The notes beneath the pieces were generated by a model. That model was not told the origin of the DNA and searched no databases. It saw only the letters and a list, made by a program, of their open reading frames with translations. A stretch of 64,000 bases of DNA from a virus. Positions within the stretch are counted from its first letter, which is position 1. Every line of letters begins with the position of its first letter. This document shows positions 1 to 10,944 of this stretch, piece by piece. The stretch lies in IMG/VR virus record IMGVR_UViG_3300045988_180522. The stretch is one strand, 5' to 3'. The position numbers were made by a program, and so were the translations under genes.

Positions 1-1
1 C

Positions 2-2389
2 TTTAGTGAGGACTCCTTTGAGATGCAGGTGTATGATCATATCATGGATAACTATGATATATATCATACAAAATATGTTGATGCCGTAAAATACAATGAT
101 AACCTGTCGCCGAAGGAAAATGGTACTGATGCCAGGAATAACAGGATCATAGAACTGATGTGGGGTATACTTACGAATCCTGAGACAGCATTTAAGATGT
201 TAAATCCGCAAGGATTTGATAAGATCAAGGAGGCTGCAAGGGTAGCTGTCCTGCTTAAGACAGGAATAAGCCGTGAAGCTCTGAGAAAAGAACTGGGGAA
301 TGATCTTGTCTCAGGACTGAAAAACCTGAGTGTCAGAGAGCTGGATAACATGGTAGAGAAATATAAGATTCCGTATGATCCTTTAAGCCCTCTGACACAG
401 ATAGAGTTCCATAAGAATAATATGACAGGTCTCGGAATGGTTGGGATATATGCAAATCATAATACCCATCATGCCATATCACAATTCACAGATGTGTCTC
501 TGAATCCTGTGAATGGGGCCTTTCCTCTGTTAGGACATACTCTCACATCATTACACAGTCAGAAAGCTTTGGATGGTACCTATATAAGCAGGAATGTGTC
601 AGGATTTCTGGCTGCTTCTGTGGATAATGCTAAGGACCCTGTCCTGGAGGATTTAAATCAGAATACTTTTACATCTGATGCTTCCATGCTGTTATCAAGG
701 CTCGGATACTCAGCATTTCAGGTATCACTGATAATGAATCAGCCTATAGTCAGGGAAATGGCTGATGAATATATCAGGGCCTCCAGGACCGGGGAGGGAC
801 GCATGGATGTAGTAAACAGGATCAGCAATGACTGGATAAAGAGTGCTGACATAAAGAATCCTTCGAAGCTGAATATCAGTGATATTACAGAGGAAGAACT
901 AATATACAATATTATGCAGTCGGTTCTTCCTGCTGATAAAAGATCTGCTTCATATGTAAGGAAACAGGCAGAATTTTCTAAGCTGTTCTCAAAGATAATG
1001 AATACTGCTGAGGCCCTTGGAATGCTTGTAAGGGCTTCAAGATCAGACACACAGTCAGGAAGTGCCGGACCTTATATTGCTGATACCGAGATAAAGCTGA
1101 GAAATATTACATTACTCAGGGAGAAGATAGACTCAGGAAAATTTCCTCTTGATAACGCTGACTTTCTTAAAGATATACCAGTACTGGATGAAGATTCTTT
1201 AAGAAGAGATATACTGAACAGTAAAGTACCTATATTGCAGGCATTTTATACTCTCGGGATATTCAGTACAGGTAATATACTGTCAAGATATATGCCTCAC
1301 CATCAGGATAATTTCAGGCAGGTTGTAAACAGTGTCGAATCCATGACTAAGACAGGGAGACTGAATAAGAAGACCCTGAAAACATTATATTCGGATCTGT
1401 TTACCTATATAATGAGTAAGACAGAGTTCTTTAATGAAAAATACAGAAAGGACTTTATCATGAACTTTCCTAACAGATTCAGTAATATAGTCAGTTCTGA
1501 TCCTGAGATAGGTAATCTGGGATTTATAAAAGCTCTGAAGACAGATAAACCCTTTGAGAATTCAGATCTGTCAGTTCTTGGTATCTCCGGTGTAGGCAGG
1601 CTTAATACTACTATGAAAGAGAATTTTTCACGGGACTGGGCCAACCTTCTTTATATGAATAATCCTTCTGCCAACAGACTTGCCCTTGATCTGTTCAGGT
1701 ATGGTTATTTCAGGGGAGGATTCGGGTTCAGTCCTTCATCTTATATGCATCTGGCTCCTGTGGTACTTATAGAGAATATCCCCGGGTATATAGAGGCAGA
1801 GAGAGGGATTCTGGGATCTGAAGATGATTATTCTGCGTTTGTTACCCAGTTTGTCCGCAACCATCTGTCCAATAAGCTGCTGGTTCCTCAGACACTGGAG
1901 GGAAATATAAAATTCACCGATAATAAGGGGGAATTCCTTAATACTGTACCCCTCAATACCAGGGATAAGATTACAGGAGATGATATGGGTATGGTGAAGG
2001 AGATAATCAGGGATAAAAATAAGGTCAGGTATATATTCATGGACTTCATATCCAAGGAAAATAGTTCAGGTGATATAGCCTACTACAAACTGTCTGGTGA
2101 TGGTACATCCTATGACCGTATACAGCCACTGGGAGCAGATGGTATGTTCCCTGAGTACTCCTATGGAATAAATGGGGAAGTAATGTCTTCAACTGTTTCT
2201 GAAATAGCCGACCTCCTGGACCTGAACAATTCGGAATATCAGGAAGATATGGATGACAGGAACTATAATCCATTATCCCAGCCGGAGGAAACCTATGAGA
2301 AAGTGTTACAGACAGAGAATAACAGATCTGAAATCATGAGATATGAACCAGTTGAGGTAATTACTTCAGATAATAAAAAGTTGTGTTAA
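2..2389 (+). CDS. large hypothetical protein, 5-prime partial (frame open to window start); by position likely virion/tail-associated
   Basis: ORF track 23..2389 with in-frame sense codons back to nt 2; no recognisable catalytic motif. Confidence 0.55.
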   Translation, partial: FSEDSFEMQVYDHIMDNYDIYHTKYVDAVKYNDNLSPKENGTDARNNRIIELMWGILTNPETAFKMLNPQGFDKIKEAARVAVLLKTGISREALRKELGNDLVSGLKNLSVRELDNMVEKYKIPYDPLSPLTQIEFHKNNMTGLGMVGIYANHNTHHAISQFTDVSLNPVNGAFPLLGHTLTSLHSQKALDGTYISRNVSGFLAASVDNAKDPVLEDLNQNTFTSDASMLLSRLGYSAFQVSLIMNQPIVREMADEYIRASRTGEGRMDVVNRISNDWIKSADIKNPSKLNISDITEEELIYNIMQSVLPADKRSASYVRKQAEFSKLFSKIMNTAEALGMLVRASRSDTQSGSAGPYIADTEIKLRNITLLREKIDSGKFPLDNADFLKDIPVLDEDSLRRDILNSKVPILQAFYTLGIFSTGNILSRYMPHHQDNFRQVVNSVESMTKTGRLNKKTLKTLYSDLFTYIMSKTEFFNEKYRKDFIMNFPNRFSNIVSSDPEIGNLGFIKALKTDKPFENSDLSVLGISGVGRLNTTMKENFSRDWANLLYMNNPSANRLALDLFRYGYFRGGFGFSPSSYMHLAPVVLIENIPGYIEAERGILGSEDDYSAFVTQFVRNHLSNKLLVPQTLEGNIKFTDNKGEFLNTVPLNTRDKITGDDMGMVKEIIRDKNKVRYIFMDFISKENSSGDIAYYKLSGDGTSYDRIQPLGADGMFPEYSYGINGEVMSSTVSEIADLLDLNNSEYQEDMDDRNYNPLSQPEETYEKVLQTENNRSEIMRYEPVEVITSDNKKLC

Positions 2390-2390
2390 T

Positions 2391-5300
2391 ATGGCTTTAA
2401 GTTGTGCAATAATCCCGACTATCAAGGATAGTACAGGGAAAGAAAGAGAAAGTACATTATTTAAGGATCTGTTGAAGTATACAGGCTATAACAGGCCTGT
2501 TACGAAGGATATATACAGCCGGGTAAAAAATCCGGCTTTCACAGAAGATACAAAATCTGTACTCAGTTTTGATGATCTGGGGGAACCTACCATATCCTCA
2601 CTGTATGAGAAAGCAGGATTGGATAAGCTTCTGGATAAAGGAGCCGTAATGAAGGAAATGAAAAGGGGCCTGGAGGCTGTGGATTCAGAAGGAAGGGAGA
2701 GAGAATTTGAAAGAAGGGAATATGATTCACTGATAAGAAGGGTAAATAAATTTAACAGGGAAAATCCTTTCAGAAGGGATTATGTGGCCGATGTTATGCC
2801 TGTAGAAGGAGGAACTCTGAAAATTACTGTAGAACCCAGAACAGAGCAGAATAAAGACAGGGAAGCAATTCTTGGGTATGATGAAGCCCTTAATAACAGA
2901 CTGAGGGATATTATGGCGGAAGCAGGGGTTACATATGGGACCCTTACAGAACTTGAAGAGAGAAGAGGATTAACAGGTATTACTGATTTCAGTGTTGCAA
3001 GAGATGCTGCCACAGGAATAGCAGAATTGATAAGAATTGCCAGAGGAGAAAAGGGACAGGCCGCATTACCTGAGGAATTTGCACACTTTGCACTGGCTGC
3101 ATTAGGAAACAATCCACTGGCTGTGAGACTTATAAACCTGTCTTCTGATCCTGATATACAGAAAAGTGTATTCGGAGACCAGTTTGATAATTACAGGACA
3201 GTCTATAAAAATGACAGTAGTATGATGGCTAAGGAGGCAGCCGGGAAATTACTGGCAAAACATCTCCTTAAGGGAGAAAAAACTGAAGGCCCGTATAAAT
3301 CTCTTATAGACCGTGTTATAAGTGCTGTAAAGAATTTATTCAGTAAGATCACTTCTTCAAAGATAGAACAGGCCATCATTGAAGCTGACAGGGAAGCAGG
3401 AGCTTTGGCAGGGAAAATCCTTACAGGAGAAATGAATAAGGAGATGAAACTGGAGAATATATCAGAAAGCAGTCAGTTCTACTCTCTGTCCGAAAAGGTG
3501 GATAAGGAGATTCCTGTAATCCAGAGAATTATAAACAGTGAGATTAAAAGACTTGCTATATATAAGAGGAGAAATCCCAATGACAAGCTTACGAGGGACC
3601 AGCTGTTACTTATAGATAACCTTGAAAGGTCAAGGGATGCCCATATGGAAAAGAAAGGTATTTTCCTGTTTATGAAGAATGCTTTAAACTACATGAAAGA
3701 AGCTGATAAGGCCCTTAATGACCTGAACAGGGACAGTACTCTTACTACGAAGGATAAAGCATCAGGACTGAGAGATCTGAGGGAAACTATCAGTTCCTAT
3801 AACACGCTGATACAATATATACAGGATGATATCTCTCAGGAAGAGATAGGAGGAGAAGAGGCGGAGTATACCAGTGAGATGAAAGCTTATATAAATGAGC
3901 TGTCAGGGATTTCCGGTAAGGTATTCTCTAAATACAGAAAAATGGCTATAGCCTTGTTTACTGAAACTATGAGACCCGTTATAGGTGATAAGATAGTAGT
4001 CCCTATAGGAAAGTTCAGGGATAGGGAGTACACTCTTGAAGAGCTGATAGCTTCTTCTGACTCAGATATATCAGTATTCAGCAGATGGCTTGACAGTATG
4101 GCAGATAGCTCTGACATTATACATCAGGGAATAGACCGTATAGTAAAGAGACAGAGGGACAAAGCCAGAAAGAAGACTATTGAGTACCAGAAGGAGCTTG
4201 TCAGGGAGGGACTTATACTGGAACAATCCGGAACTAAGGGATTTGATTTCATGTTCAAGAAGGATAAGAATGGTAATCTCACAGGAAAGTATATTACAGA
4301 GGCAGATCAGGATAAGTATTCAGAGGCTAAAAAGAAAATGTATTCCAGCCTTCATGAGAAGTATAAGGAGACCCGGTTCGGAATAAATAAAAAAGCTTAC
4401 TGGGATGAAGTGAATGCCTGGTATGACCAGAATACTGACATAGTAGGGGATACAAGAGTTCCTAAATTATCCATATATGGTGATCCGGACTTTAAGAAAA
4501 TGACTGCTCCGCAGAGAAGATTTTATGATAAGGTAATGGAGATAAAAGCAGATCTTGACAGCATGCTTCCTGAAGGAGTGACCAGTATAGATAATGCTGT
4601 TCAGATACGTAAGGATCTTGTGGAAAGGATACAAAATGCTTCAGGGGTAAAAGGAGGGGTCCGGGAGGTGGTAAAAAGTATCAAGGATTCTTTTGTCTCC
4701 CGTGTTGATGACACTGGCTTCTCCAGGACCCTTATTGATTCAGGAGGAAACGAGATACAGGAATTACCTATATATTATGTCAGTAAACTTGAAGATCCTT
4801 CACAGATATCTACAGATGTGGTATCCACACTGTCTGCATATGCTTCTATGGCTCTGGATTATAATTATATGGGAGAGATACTGGACGAGATAGAAATAGG
4901 AAGGGATGTACTGTATGAAAGGGAAATACAGCAGACAAAAGGAGGTAATCCTGTAATGGAATCATTCAGATCTGCCGGAAGGGAAGTGGTAAATAAACTG
5001 ACAAAAAGGGGCCGGGGGGTGACTAATTTCACAGGAAGGCTGGACGACTATTTCCAGATGCAGGTATATGGAAAATATATGAATGATGAGGGGGACGTAC
5101 TGGGAGTAAGCCTTGCTAAGCTGGCCAACAATATAAACAGGTATACATCTGCAAATAATCTCGGACTTAACCTGCTTGCAGGTATATCCAATGTTACCAC
5201 AGGATCTGTGATGATGAATATAGAATCCTTTACAGGTGAGTTCTTTGGAGCTAAGGATACAGCTACGGCAGACAGAAAATATATGAAGCTCCTGCCTGAA

Positions 5301-6386
5301 CACCTGGCTGGTATAGGTAACAGGGTAAAGACAGACAAGCTGTCCCTGTGGGATGAGTACTTTGATGTAATGCAGGACTTTGATGAGAAGGTATATGACA
5401 CAGGATTCAACAGGAGAAACTGGTTTACAAAGCTGTTGGGATCGAATGCTGTATTTTTTATAAACACAGCAGGAGAACACTGGATGCAGAACAGAACATC
5501 GATGGCTCTGGCTAATAAGATAAAGGTAAAGGATGAAAGAGGTAATACTATACCATTATTCGATGCTTATGAAGTAGTCACTGAGAAGAAGGATGGAAAA
5601 ACCGTAAAGGCATTCCTGAGGCTGAAGAAAGGGATTACAAAGGAAGACGGGACAAAATGGACTGAGGAAGATGAATTCAATTTCAAACAGAAGGCAGCTG
5701 CTATAAACCAGGGAATGCATGGTATTTATAATAAGGCTGACAGGTCTGCCATACAGAAACTGGCAGTAGGAAGACTGGCTATGCTGTACAGGAAATGGAT
5801 CAGACCTAACTATATGAAAAGATTTAAGGCGGCACGGTATAATATGGACCTGGGCCAGTGGACACAGGGGTATTACAATACTGCATTCGGGTTTATATAT
5901 ACTCTGATGAAGGATCTCAGAAGAATGCAGTTTCATCTGGCAGCACATTACCAGGAGCTTACAAAAGAGGAGAAATATAATCTGAGAAGGGCTGCTATAG
6001 AGGTAGGGCACTTTATAGGACTGGTAGCCTTCCTGGGTCTTATGGACTGGGAAGATGATAAGGAAAGACCCTGGCATATGCAGATGCTTGAATACCAGTC
6101 AAGGAGGTTATATACAGAACTGGGTGCCCAGATTCCCGGATTACAGATGATTGAAGAAGCTGGTAAAATTCTGAAACAGCCTGCCGCAGGTATAAATACT
6201 ATTCAGAATATTATCAACACATTCAAGATAGTGATGCCGGGATCACTGGAAGAGATACAAACAGGAAGATATAAGGGATATACGAGAGCTGAGAAGTATT
6301 TACTTGAACTTATTCCTATGAGAAGGACTGTTATGAATGCTCTGAATCCTGATGAGACACTGGCTTTCTTTAAGTCTTCGTGGTAG
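2391..6386 (+). CDS. large hypothetical protein (1331 aa), likely virion/tail or ejected protein
   Basis: long uninterrupted ORF, start overlaps previous stop (translational coupling); no DxDGD RNAP motif found. Confidence 0.55.
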   Translation: MALSCAIIPTIKDSTGKERESTLFKDLLKYTGYNRPVTKDIYSRVKNPAFTEDTKSVLSFDDLGEPTISSLYEKAGLDKLLDKGAVMKEMKRGLEAVDSEGREREFERREYDSLIRRVNKFNRENPFRRDYVADVMPVEGGTLKITVEPRTEQNKDREAILGYDEALNNRLRDIMAEAGVTYGTLTELEERRGLTGITDFSVARDAATGIAELIRIARGEKGQAALPEEFAHFALAALGNNPLAVRLINLSSDPDIQKSVFGDQFDNYRTVYKNDSSMMAKEAAGKLLAKHLLKGEKTEGPYKSLIDRVISAVKNLFSKITSSKIEQAIIEADREAGALAGKILTGEMNKEMKLENISESSQFYSLSEKVDKEIPVIQRIINSEIKRLAIYKRRNPNDKLTRDQLLLIDNLERSRDAHMEKKGIFLFMKNALNYMKEADKALNDLNRDSTLTTKDKASGLRDLRETISSYNTLIQYIQDDISQEEIGGEEAEYTSEMKAYINELSGISGKVFSKYRKMAIALFTETMRPVIGDKIVVPIGKFRDREYTLEELIASSDSDISVFSRWLDSMADSSDIIHQGIDRIVKRQRDKARKKTIEYQKELVREGLILEQSGTKGFDFMFKKDKNGNLTGKYITEADQDKYSEAKKKMYSSLHEKYKETRFGINKKAYWDEVNAWYDQNTDIVGDTRVPKLSIYGDPDFKKMTAPQRRFYDKVMEIKADLDSMLPEGVTSIDNAVQIRKDLVERIQNASGVKGGVREVVKSIKDSFVSRVDDTGFSRTLIDSGGNEIQELPIYYVSKLEDPSQISTDVVSTLSAYASMALDYNYMGEILDEIEIGRDVLYEREIQQTKGGNPVMESFRSAGREVVNKLTKRGRGVTNFTGRLDDYFQMQVYGKYMNDEGDVLGVSLAKLANNINRYTSANNLGLNLLAGISNVTTGSVMMNIESFTGEFFGAKDTATADRKYMKLLPEHLAGIGNRVKTDKLSLWDEYFDVMQDFDEKVYDTGFNRRNWFTKLLGSNAVFFINTAGEHWMQNRTSMALANKIKVKDERGNTIPLFDAYEVVTEKKDGKTVKAFLRLKKGITKEDGTKWTEEDEFNFKQKAAAINQGMHGIYNKADRSAIQKLAVGRLAMLYRKWIRPNYMKRFKAARYNMDLGQWTQGYYNTAFGFIYTLMKDLRRMQFHLAAHYQELTKEEKYNLRRAAIEVGHFIGLVAFLGLMDWEDDKERPWHMQMLEYQSRRLYTELGAQIPGLQMIEEAGKILKQPAAGINTIQNIINTFKIVMPGSLEEIQTGRYKGYTRAEKYLLELIPMRRTVMNALNPDETLAFFKSSW

Positions 6387-6395
6387 AAATTTTTT

Positions 6396-6418
6396 GGCAG
6401 GAGAGAGAATCTCCTGCC
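6396..6418. terminator. GC hairpin between convergent genes (ggcaggag-N7-ctcctgcc)
   Basis: perfect 8-bp inverted repeat flanked by A/T runs between the plus gene ending 6386 and the minus gene ending 6419. Confidence 0.4.
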
Positions 6419-7084
6419 TTATTCCTTACTAAGAATTTTAATTTTACAGTCATTCAGTTCTTTACTGAATATGGAAAAGGCCATAGAAATCTCTTTCGGA
6501 TTCATAGACGACACATCCATATCTGCCAGTCTTTTCATTAGCTGTACAGATATGTTTCTTACAGATACTATACATTGATCGTATACAGCATTCATACCTA
6601 TATTTGAGGCCTCCTGGACCCTTTTGGCGTATTCCTGAGTCCTGTTTATTTCCAGTGATGATAACATATAGACCATAGTAATATTGGCCAGTACGTAGGA
6701 CATATGAGGTTTTACCTTGTCCAACTCTCTCTTCACCGAATAGAACAGTACCTTCAAATGTTTTCCGAATTCCTCATCAAAGTGTTCCAGCATATACGGA
6801 GTGTGCCTGTAGGCATATCCCCCCATCAGACTTCTTACTTTCGACCAATACAGACTGACATTGGAAATCATATTACATATATCCATCTTATTTTTCTGAC
6901 GAAAAATGCCGAGGCTTATACATCCTGATTTGATATCAGCTACATAGTTCCCTATTACATCTGCCAGGAACATATTACCATATACATAATTTGTCCGGAT
7001 ATCCTCACTAATAGCATCTGTGGCTTCTTTTATTATCTGAGTAGGTTTCATTTTTAATATCTTCATCAATTTTCCTAATAGCAC
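6419..7084 (-). CDS. hypothetical protein
   Basis: ORF track; last gene of minus block. Confidence 0.55.
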   Translation of the reverse strand: MLLGKLMKILKMKPTQIIKEATDAISEDIRTNYVYGNMFLADVIGNYVADIKSGCISLGIFRQKNKMDICNMISNVSLYWSKVRSLMGGYAYRHTPYMLEHFDEEFGKHLKVLFYSVKRELDKVKPHMSYVLANITMVYMLSSLEINRTQEYAKRVQEASNIGMNAVYDQCIVSVRNISVQLMKRLADMDVSSMNPKEISMAFSIFSKELNDCKIKILSKE

Positions 7085-7244
7085 CTCTTAAGGAAAAAGA
7101 GTGGGCGAAACCACAGCCATTCTTGTCTACAGCTTCCCATACCACTCTTTTTTCCGGAGGATAATACCCAATGCAGTTTATATGGATACCTTTATAAGTA
7201 TAATGACCCTTACTGATTTTAATAAGATTCTTATTATTTCTCAT
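7008..7244 (-). CDS. small hypothetical protein (overlaps neighbours; may be spurious)
   Basis: ORF track; 77-nt overlap with the 6419..7084 gene. Confidence 0.3.
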   Translation of the reverse strand: MRNNKNLIKISKGHYTYKGIHINCIGYYPPEKRVVWEAVDKNGCGFAHSFSLRGAIRKIDEDIKNETYSDNKRSHRCY

Positions 7245-7962
7245 GTTCCTCCTTTACTTCAAGTAATAAGTAATCCCTATATAGATCAATAAAATGAGTT
7301 CCTATGTAAAAAGCATCATCTCTTTTGCCACAACATAATTTAGGATCATAGGAGACACTGTATAAAGTATGACATATATCACCACATACAAGTTTACCTT
7401 TCTTCCACGTAAAAGATGGGTAAAATGCACATTGAGTACCAAGAGGGGTAAGCTTCCAATTATTGTTCAATATATTAGAGGCTTTATAGATCTGTATCAG
7501 TTTTAAACGTGCCAATCCAGATCTGTCATCACATTCTATATCAGGAACTGATCCTGTAATTTTACATGCATCCTCATAGGTCTTCACCAGTTCCTGGAAA
7601 CTCAATGTAAGTCTTTCTATTCCGAAGGTATCTTCAAGCTTTTTCTTAAATTCTCCGGATACACTTGAATAAATCATCCTAGCCTCTGATTCTGTTATTA
7701 GTAATGTTTTCATCTCGTCGTTTCTTTCTAATCCTTTTAGGAATACGTAACCTATTTTAGAAGGGGAATAAACTCTCATGGGATCTATATGGGTTCCTAA
7801 ATGTTGAACTCTGGATAATACCATCCATTGATCACTAGGGATACTCCCTTCATTTAACTCTTTAATGGCTTCATATATTTTAAGACAGTTTCTGGCGTCC
7901 TCTGAATAGTCTGTCTCTAATTGCTTTAATAATCGGTCCTTTAGTTCACTCATAGTCTTCAA
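7234..7962 (-). CDS. hypothetical protein
   Basis: ORF track. Confidence 0.55.
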   Translation of the reverse strand: MKTMSELKDRLLKQLETDYSEDARNCLKIYEAIKELNEGSIPSDQWMVLSRVQHLGTHIDPMRVYSPSKIGYVFLKGLERNDEMKTLLITESEARMIYSSVSGEFKKKLEDTFGIERLTLSFQELVKTYEDACKITGSVPDIECDDRSGLARLKLIQIYKASNILNNNWKLTPLGTQCAFYPSFTWKKGKLVCGDICHTLYSVSYDPKLCCGKRDDAFYIGTHFIDLYRDYLLLEVKEEHEK

Positions 7963-8090
7963 TTTTATTCATGCCATACTACCCTAATAGTATCAATATA
8001 ATCATCTTTATCTGCACTCTCCATAGCTTCTTCCCTTGTATTGTAGATACACCGGGCTGACACTATTCCAGCATTCCTATATATATTAAC

Positions 8091-8774
8091 CTATCCTTCA
8101 TGTTCTTCCAGAGGCATCACAAGGTCTATATTACGAATATTACCTCTCAAGTATTCACCTTTATCGGAAAAGTAATATGCAGCCTCATATATTGAGTTAT
8201 CTGCATTTTCAACCAGGGCTATTATAGGATAATCACACAATGTTTTAGCATTAAAACAAATAATCCTTGCTTTGCGCCCATCTCTTGTGCATACGGGCTT
8301 ACCTGCCTTGGCTGCTTCAAGGTCAAAGGGTTTCAAATTAGACTTAGATGGTTCTCTATCAAAGAAACAATCATAATGTTGTATTTTCTTTTCTTCCATA
8401 TCTTCTTTGTTTTGTTTTATTTCTACCCAAAATCCATTATCATCACAAATACCTTCTATATAACTATTTTTACAACATGCTTTATTTGGAACATTAAAAA
8501 CACATTCTTTACAAGAATTATTATCAGAAGTAAGTTTTTGAAATATTCTACCTTTTACAGTAATAAGCTCTCCTATCTTTTCAAGTTTTTTGAAGATAAC
8601 AGATTTATGGTCTGTTCTTAAAGAACAATGGCAATTTCCAAAATTGGTACTTCCAATAGTGGTAATGTTCTTGCAAACAGTATCATAGTAAAAGCTACAA
8701 TTTCTGCAAGTACCTCCTACGCACTGATACCACTCGCCATTAACTTGCTTTATTTCTCCTATTTTCCATTCCAT
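8091..8774 (-). CDS. Cys-rich hypothetical protein
   Basis: ORF track; many CxxC-like pairs in N-terminal half. Confidence 0.55.
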   Translation of the reverse strand: MEWKIGEIKQVNGEWYQCVGGTCRNCSFYYDTVCKNITTIGSTNFGNCHCSLRTDHKSVIFKKLEKIGELITVKGRIFQKLTSDNNSCKECVFNVPNKACCKNSYIEGICDDNGFWVEIKQNKEDMEEKKIQHYDCFFDREPSKSNLKPFDLEAAKAGKPVCTRDGRKARIICFNAKTLCDYPIIALVENADNSIYEAAYYFSDKGEYLRGNIRNIDLVMPLEEHEG

Positions 8775-9044
8775 AACTTAAGCAATATAGATTTTTACCG
8801 TATTTTCGCCCTCTTCTACCGTATGAATATCATAAGTAATTGTTTGAGGGTCTTCACATTCTATTACTTTCGACTTATCTTCTACCTTGAGAAGTTCATC
8901 AATTAATTCCTGTACTGTTATCATGTTTAACTTTAAGTTTACCACATTTCTTACATATCAATAACACCCTATCACAAGTAGTATATTTTGTAATATGAGA
9001 TATTTGCCACTCATGACAACAAAATAATTTCTTTAGCCACATCT

Positions 9045-9287
9045 TCATAGCTCTTTAAATTCTTTTTCTAATGCTTCAATTTTAGAATCAATGTATGCAA
9101 GAGTTCTATTCTTTAACTCTTTGAAGTCGATTAGAGAAGTTGTAATTACATATTTATGATTTCCATCCCAAATTTCTGTTCCAGAACAAAAACTCGTAGC
9201 ACCTTCCCAAATATCCTTCTCATTTCTTAACTCCTCTAACTCCTCTTGAATTGTCTTAGCTCTACTGAATGTATATATATCCATCAC
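9045..9287 (-). CDS. small hypothetical protein
   Basis: ORF track; 4-nt overlap with upstream gene. Confidence 0.45.
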   Translation of the reverse strand: MMDIYTFSRAKTIQEELEELRNEKDIWEGATSFCSGTEIWDGNHKYVITTSLIDFKELKNRTLAYIDSKIEALEKEFKEL

Positions 9288-9757
9288 AATAAAATTTTAG
9301 CTGTTTCACATAAATCTCTAAAGCAATTGAGAAATTCTTTTGCCATTTCTAAGATTGGGAAAGAAAGAGTACAACTACCCCAAAAATTACCACTTGCTAA
9401 TCTGACTTTATTTGTATCAAGGTCATATTTAATTACATAAGTAATAGAATGACTATTAGGTTGTTCCCAATCACCTACCCATGCTTTCCTCAACTGTCTT
9501 AATTGCATAAGAGCTAAGAATGCTTCTGCTTCTTGTTTAGAAGTACACCAATTCTTTTGGATTCTTGTGTCACAATTTCCAAATGTTGTGTGGTATTTTC
9601 CGGTGCTATTAATATAACACTCATTAACCCTTACAGGATAATTTTCACAAAATTCCTTCCAAGTTCTTGGCTTATCATTCTTCTTCCCTTTTACTATGTA
9701 TGTGTCCCCATCTTTGATGAGTTCACAATTGTCTGGTATTTGAATCTTTACTTCCAT
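9284..9757 (-). CDS. hypothetical protein, paralog of 12756..13226
   Basis: shared motifs IPD..ELIK.G..Y, PKTW.EFC, EAEA.LAL.QL..LRKAW.G.W, TL.FP, CFRDL with the 12756..13226 product. Confidence 0.6.
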   Translation of the reverse strand: MEVKIQIPDNCELIKDGDTYIVKGKKNDKPRTWKEFCENYPVRVNECYINSTGKYHTTFGNCDTRIQKNWCTSKQEAEAFLALMQLRQLRKAWVGDWEQPNSHSITYVIKYDLDTNKVRLASGNFWGSCTLSFPILEMAKEFLNCFRDLCETAKILL

Positions 9758-9898
9758 AATTAATGATTACTATTAGTTTTTGAATAATTCTTTGATATAC
9801 ACCAAAAATCTTCATCATAAATTTCTACTCTATTATAATATGGTTTAAATTTGTTATTTTCTTTTGTTTCCATATTCTTTAGTGTTATTTTTCATTTA

Positions 9899-10282
9899 CT
9901 ATATAATTTCAGGCGCTTTCATCCAATGAGTGACCCCATAGACTACCTCTCCGGAGCAAGAAGTATACCATAATTTTTCCTCTTTTACATAGTAAGCTAT
10001 ATTTACTCCTCTTCCATATTCATTTGTCACAATACAATTAAAGTCATCTTCTGGTAATCTTTCTGTAACCCTGACCCATGAAGATTCTGTATGTTCATCT
10101 GCCTGTTCGAGTATCAGTCTTTTGGGTTCTTTATCCGTCCATTTGACATATTTAAACTCCTTCATATAACAACTAAGTGGTGATTTCTCCTGTACATCAT
10201 CACTATCCCAGTTATGTTCCTTTTTTACGGGCTTATTCTTGTAAACCCATAAACAGTCATCTTCATCTCTGGCTATCCACAT
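9899..10282 (-). CDS. DUF551-family phage protein
   Basis: C-terminal RLPE...W...VTHWMxxPE signature typical of DUF551. Confidence 0.6.
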   Translation of the reverse strand: MWIARDEDDCLWVYKNKPVKKEHNWDSDDVQEKSPLSCYMKEFKYVKWTDKEPKRLILEQADEHTESSWVRVTERLPEDDFNCIVTNEYGRGVNIAYYVKEEKLWYTSCSGEVVYGVTHWMKAPEII

Positions 10283-10328
10283 AATATTGTTATTTAGTTA
10301 TTAATAACTTAGGCTCTTTGTCTTCCCT

Positions 10329-10568
10329 TCAATCCTTCTTTAATTCTATAGATTCATCATTCCAAGTTAAATCTTTACCTGTAAGTTTCTTGATAGAACC
10401 CTTAGGTAAAATAATCCCAGTATCTTCGTTATCATACTCACTACTGTTCTCATCACTCCAATATTCAGGTTCCCATAATTTACAACGTGATGTATCAGGG
10501 TCTTTTCTAAAGGGTCTAAAAGCAAATATACTTTCACTGCCATTTTTATTTACTGCTACAAATGCCAT
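10329..10568 (-). CDS. small hypothetical protein
   Basis: ORF track; same orientation as block (opposite-strand ORF 10318..10584 judged shadow). Confidence 0.4.
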   Translation of the reverse strand: MAFVAVNKNGSESIFAFRPFRKDPDTSRCKLWEPEYWSDENSSEYDNEDTGIILPKGSIKKLTGKDLTWNDESIELKKD

Positions 10569-10571
10569 AAC

Positions 10572-10772
10572 TTATAATTTATAATAATTAGTATCACATC
10601 TTACAACTTCACCATTCTCATAGATTTGGTTTACTTCTACTCTCACTTTACCATGAATATAATCTTCTATAGTAGGTGTAATTATAGTATTGATTAACAT
10701 TCCTAAGAAAATAGATAACAATAGAATTGCAAGTGCTGATGATATTCTAATATCTCTATCTTCCTGTGTCAT
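10572..10772 (-). CDS. small membrane protein (one TM helix)
   Basis: hydrophobic stretch ALAILLLSIFLGMLINTII. Confidence 0.4.
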   Translation of the reverse strand: MTQEDRDIRISSALAILLLSIFLGMLINTIITPTIEDYIHGKVRVEVNQIYENGEVVRCDTNYYKL

Positions 10773-10782
10773 AACTTTTTAC

Positions 10783-10920
10783 TTAAGTATTCAAACTAAA
10801 ATTATACCAAAACATACTTCCACAATCACAACATCTACAGTTAACTCCAGATGTAAAATACCCTACTTCATAATGGTAGGATCCACAATAAGGACATCTA
10901 CATAAATTTACCGTATACAT
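10783..10920 (-). CDS. 45-aa Cys-rich (zinc-ribbon-like) micro-protein
   Basis: ATG..TAA ORF below the 60-aa track cutoff; 8 Cys arranged CxC..CxxC...CxCCxC. Confidence 0.3.
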   Translation of the reverse strand: MYTVNLCRCPYCGSYHYEVGYFTSGVNCRCCDCGSMFWYNFSLNT

Positions 10921-10944
10921 TTCTATCTATTTTTTTTAACTTTA

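Noticed and set aside
2-6386. Virion RNA polymerase among the two giant proteins
   Set aside because: I searched the translations for the DxDGD double-psi beta-barrel catalytic motif and found none, so no RNAP call was made.
8376-8906. Plus-strand ORFs inside the minus-strand block (for example 8376..8621, 8628..8906, 16515..16958, 20048..20308, 34625..35038)
   Set aside because: They are shadow ORFs antisense to well-supported minus-strand genes, with low-complexity hydrophobic translations.
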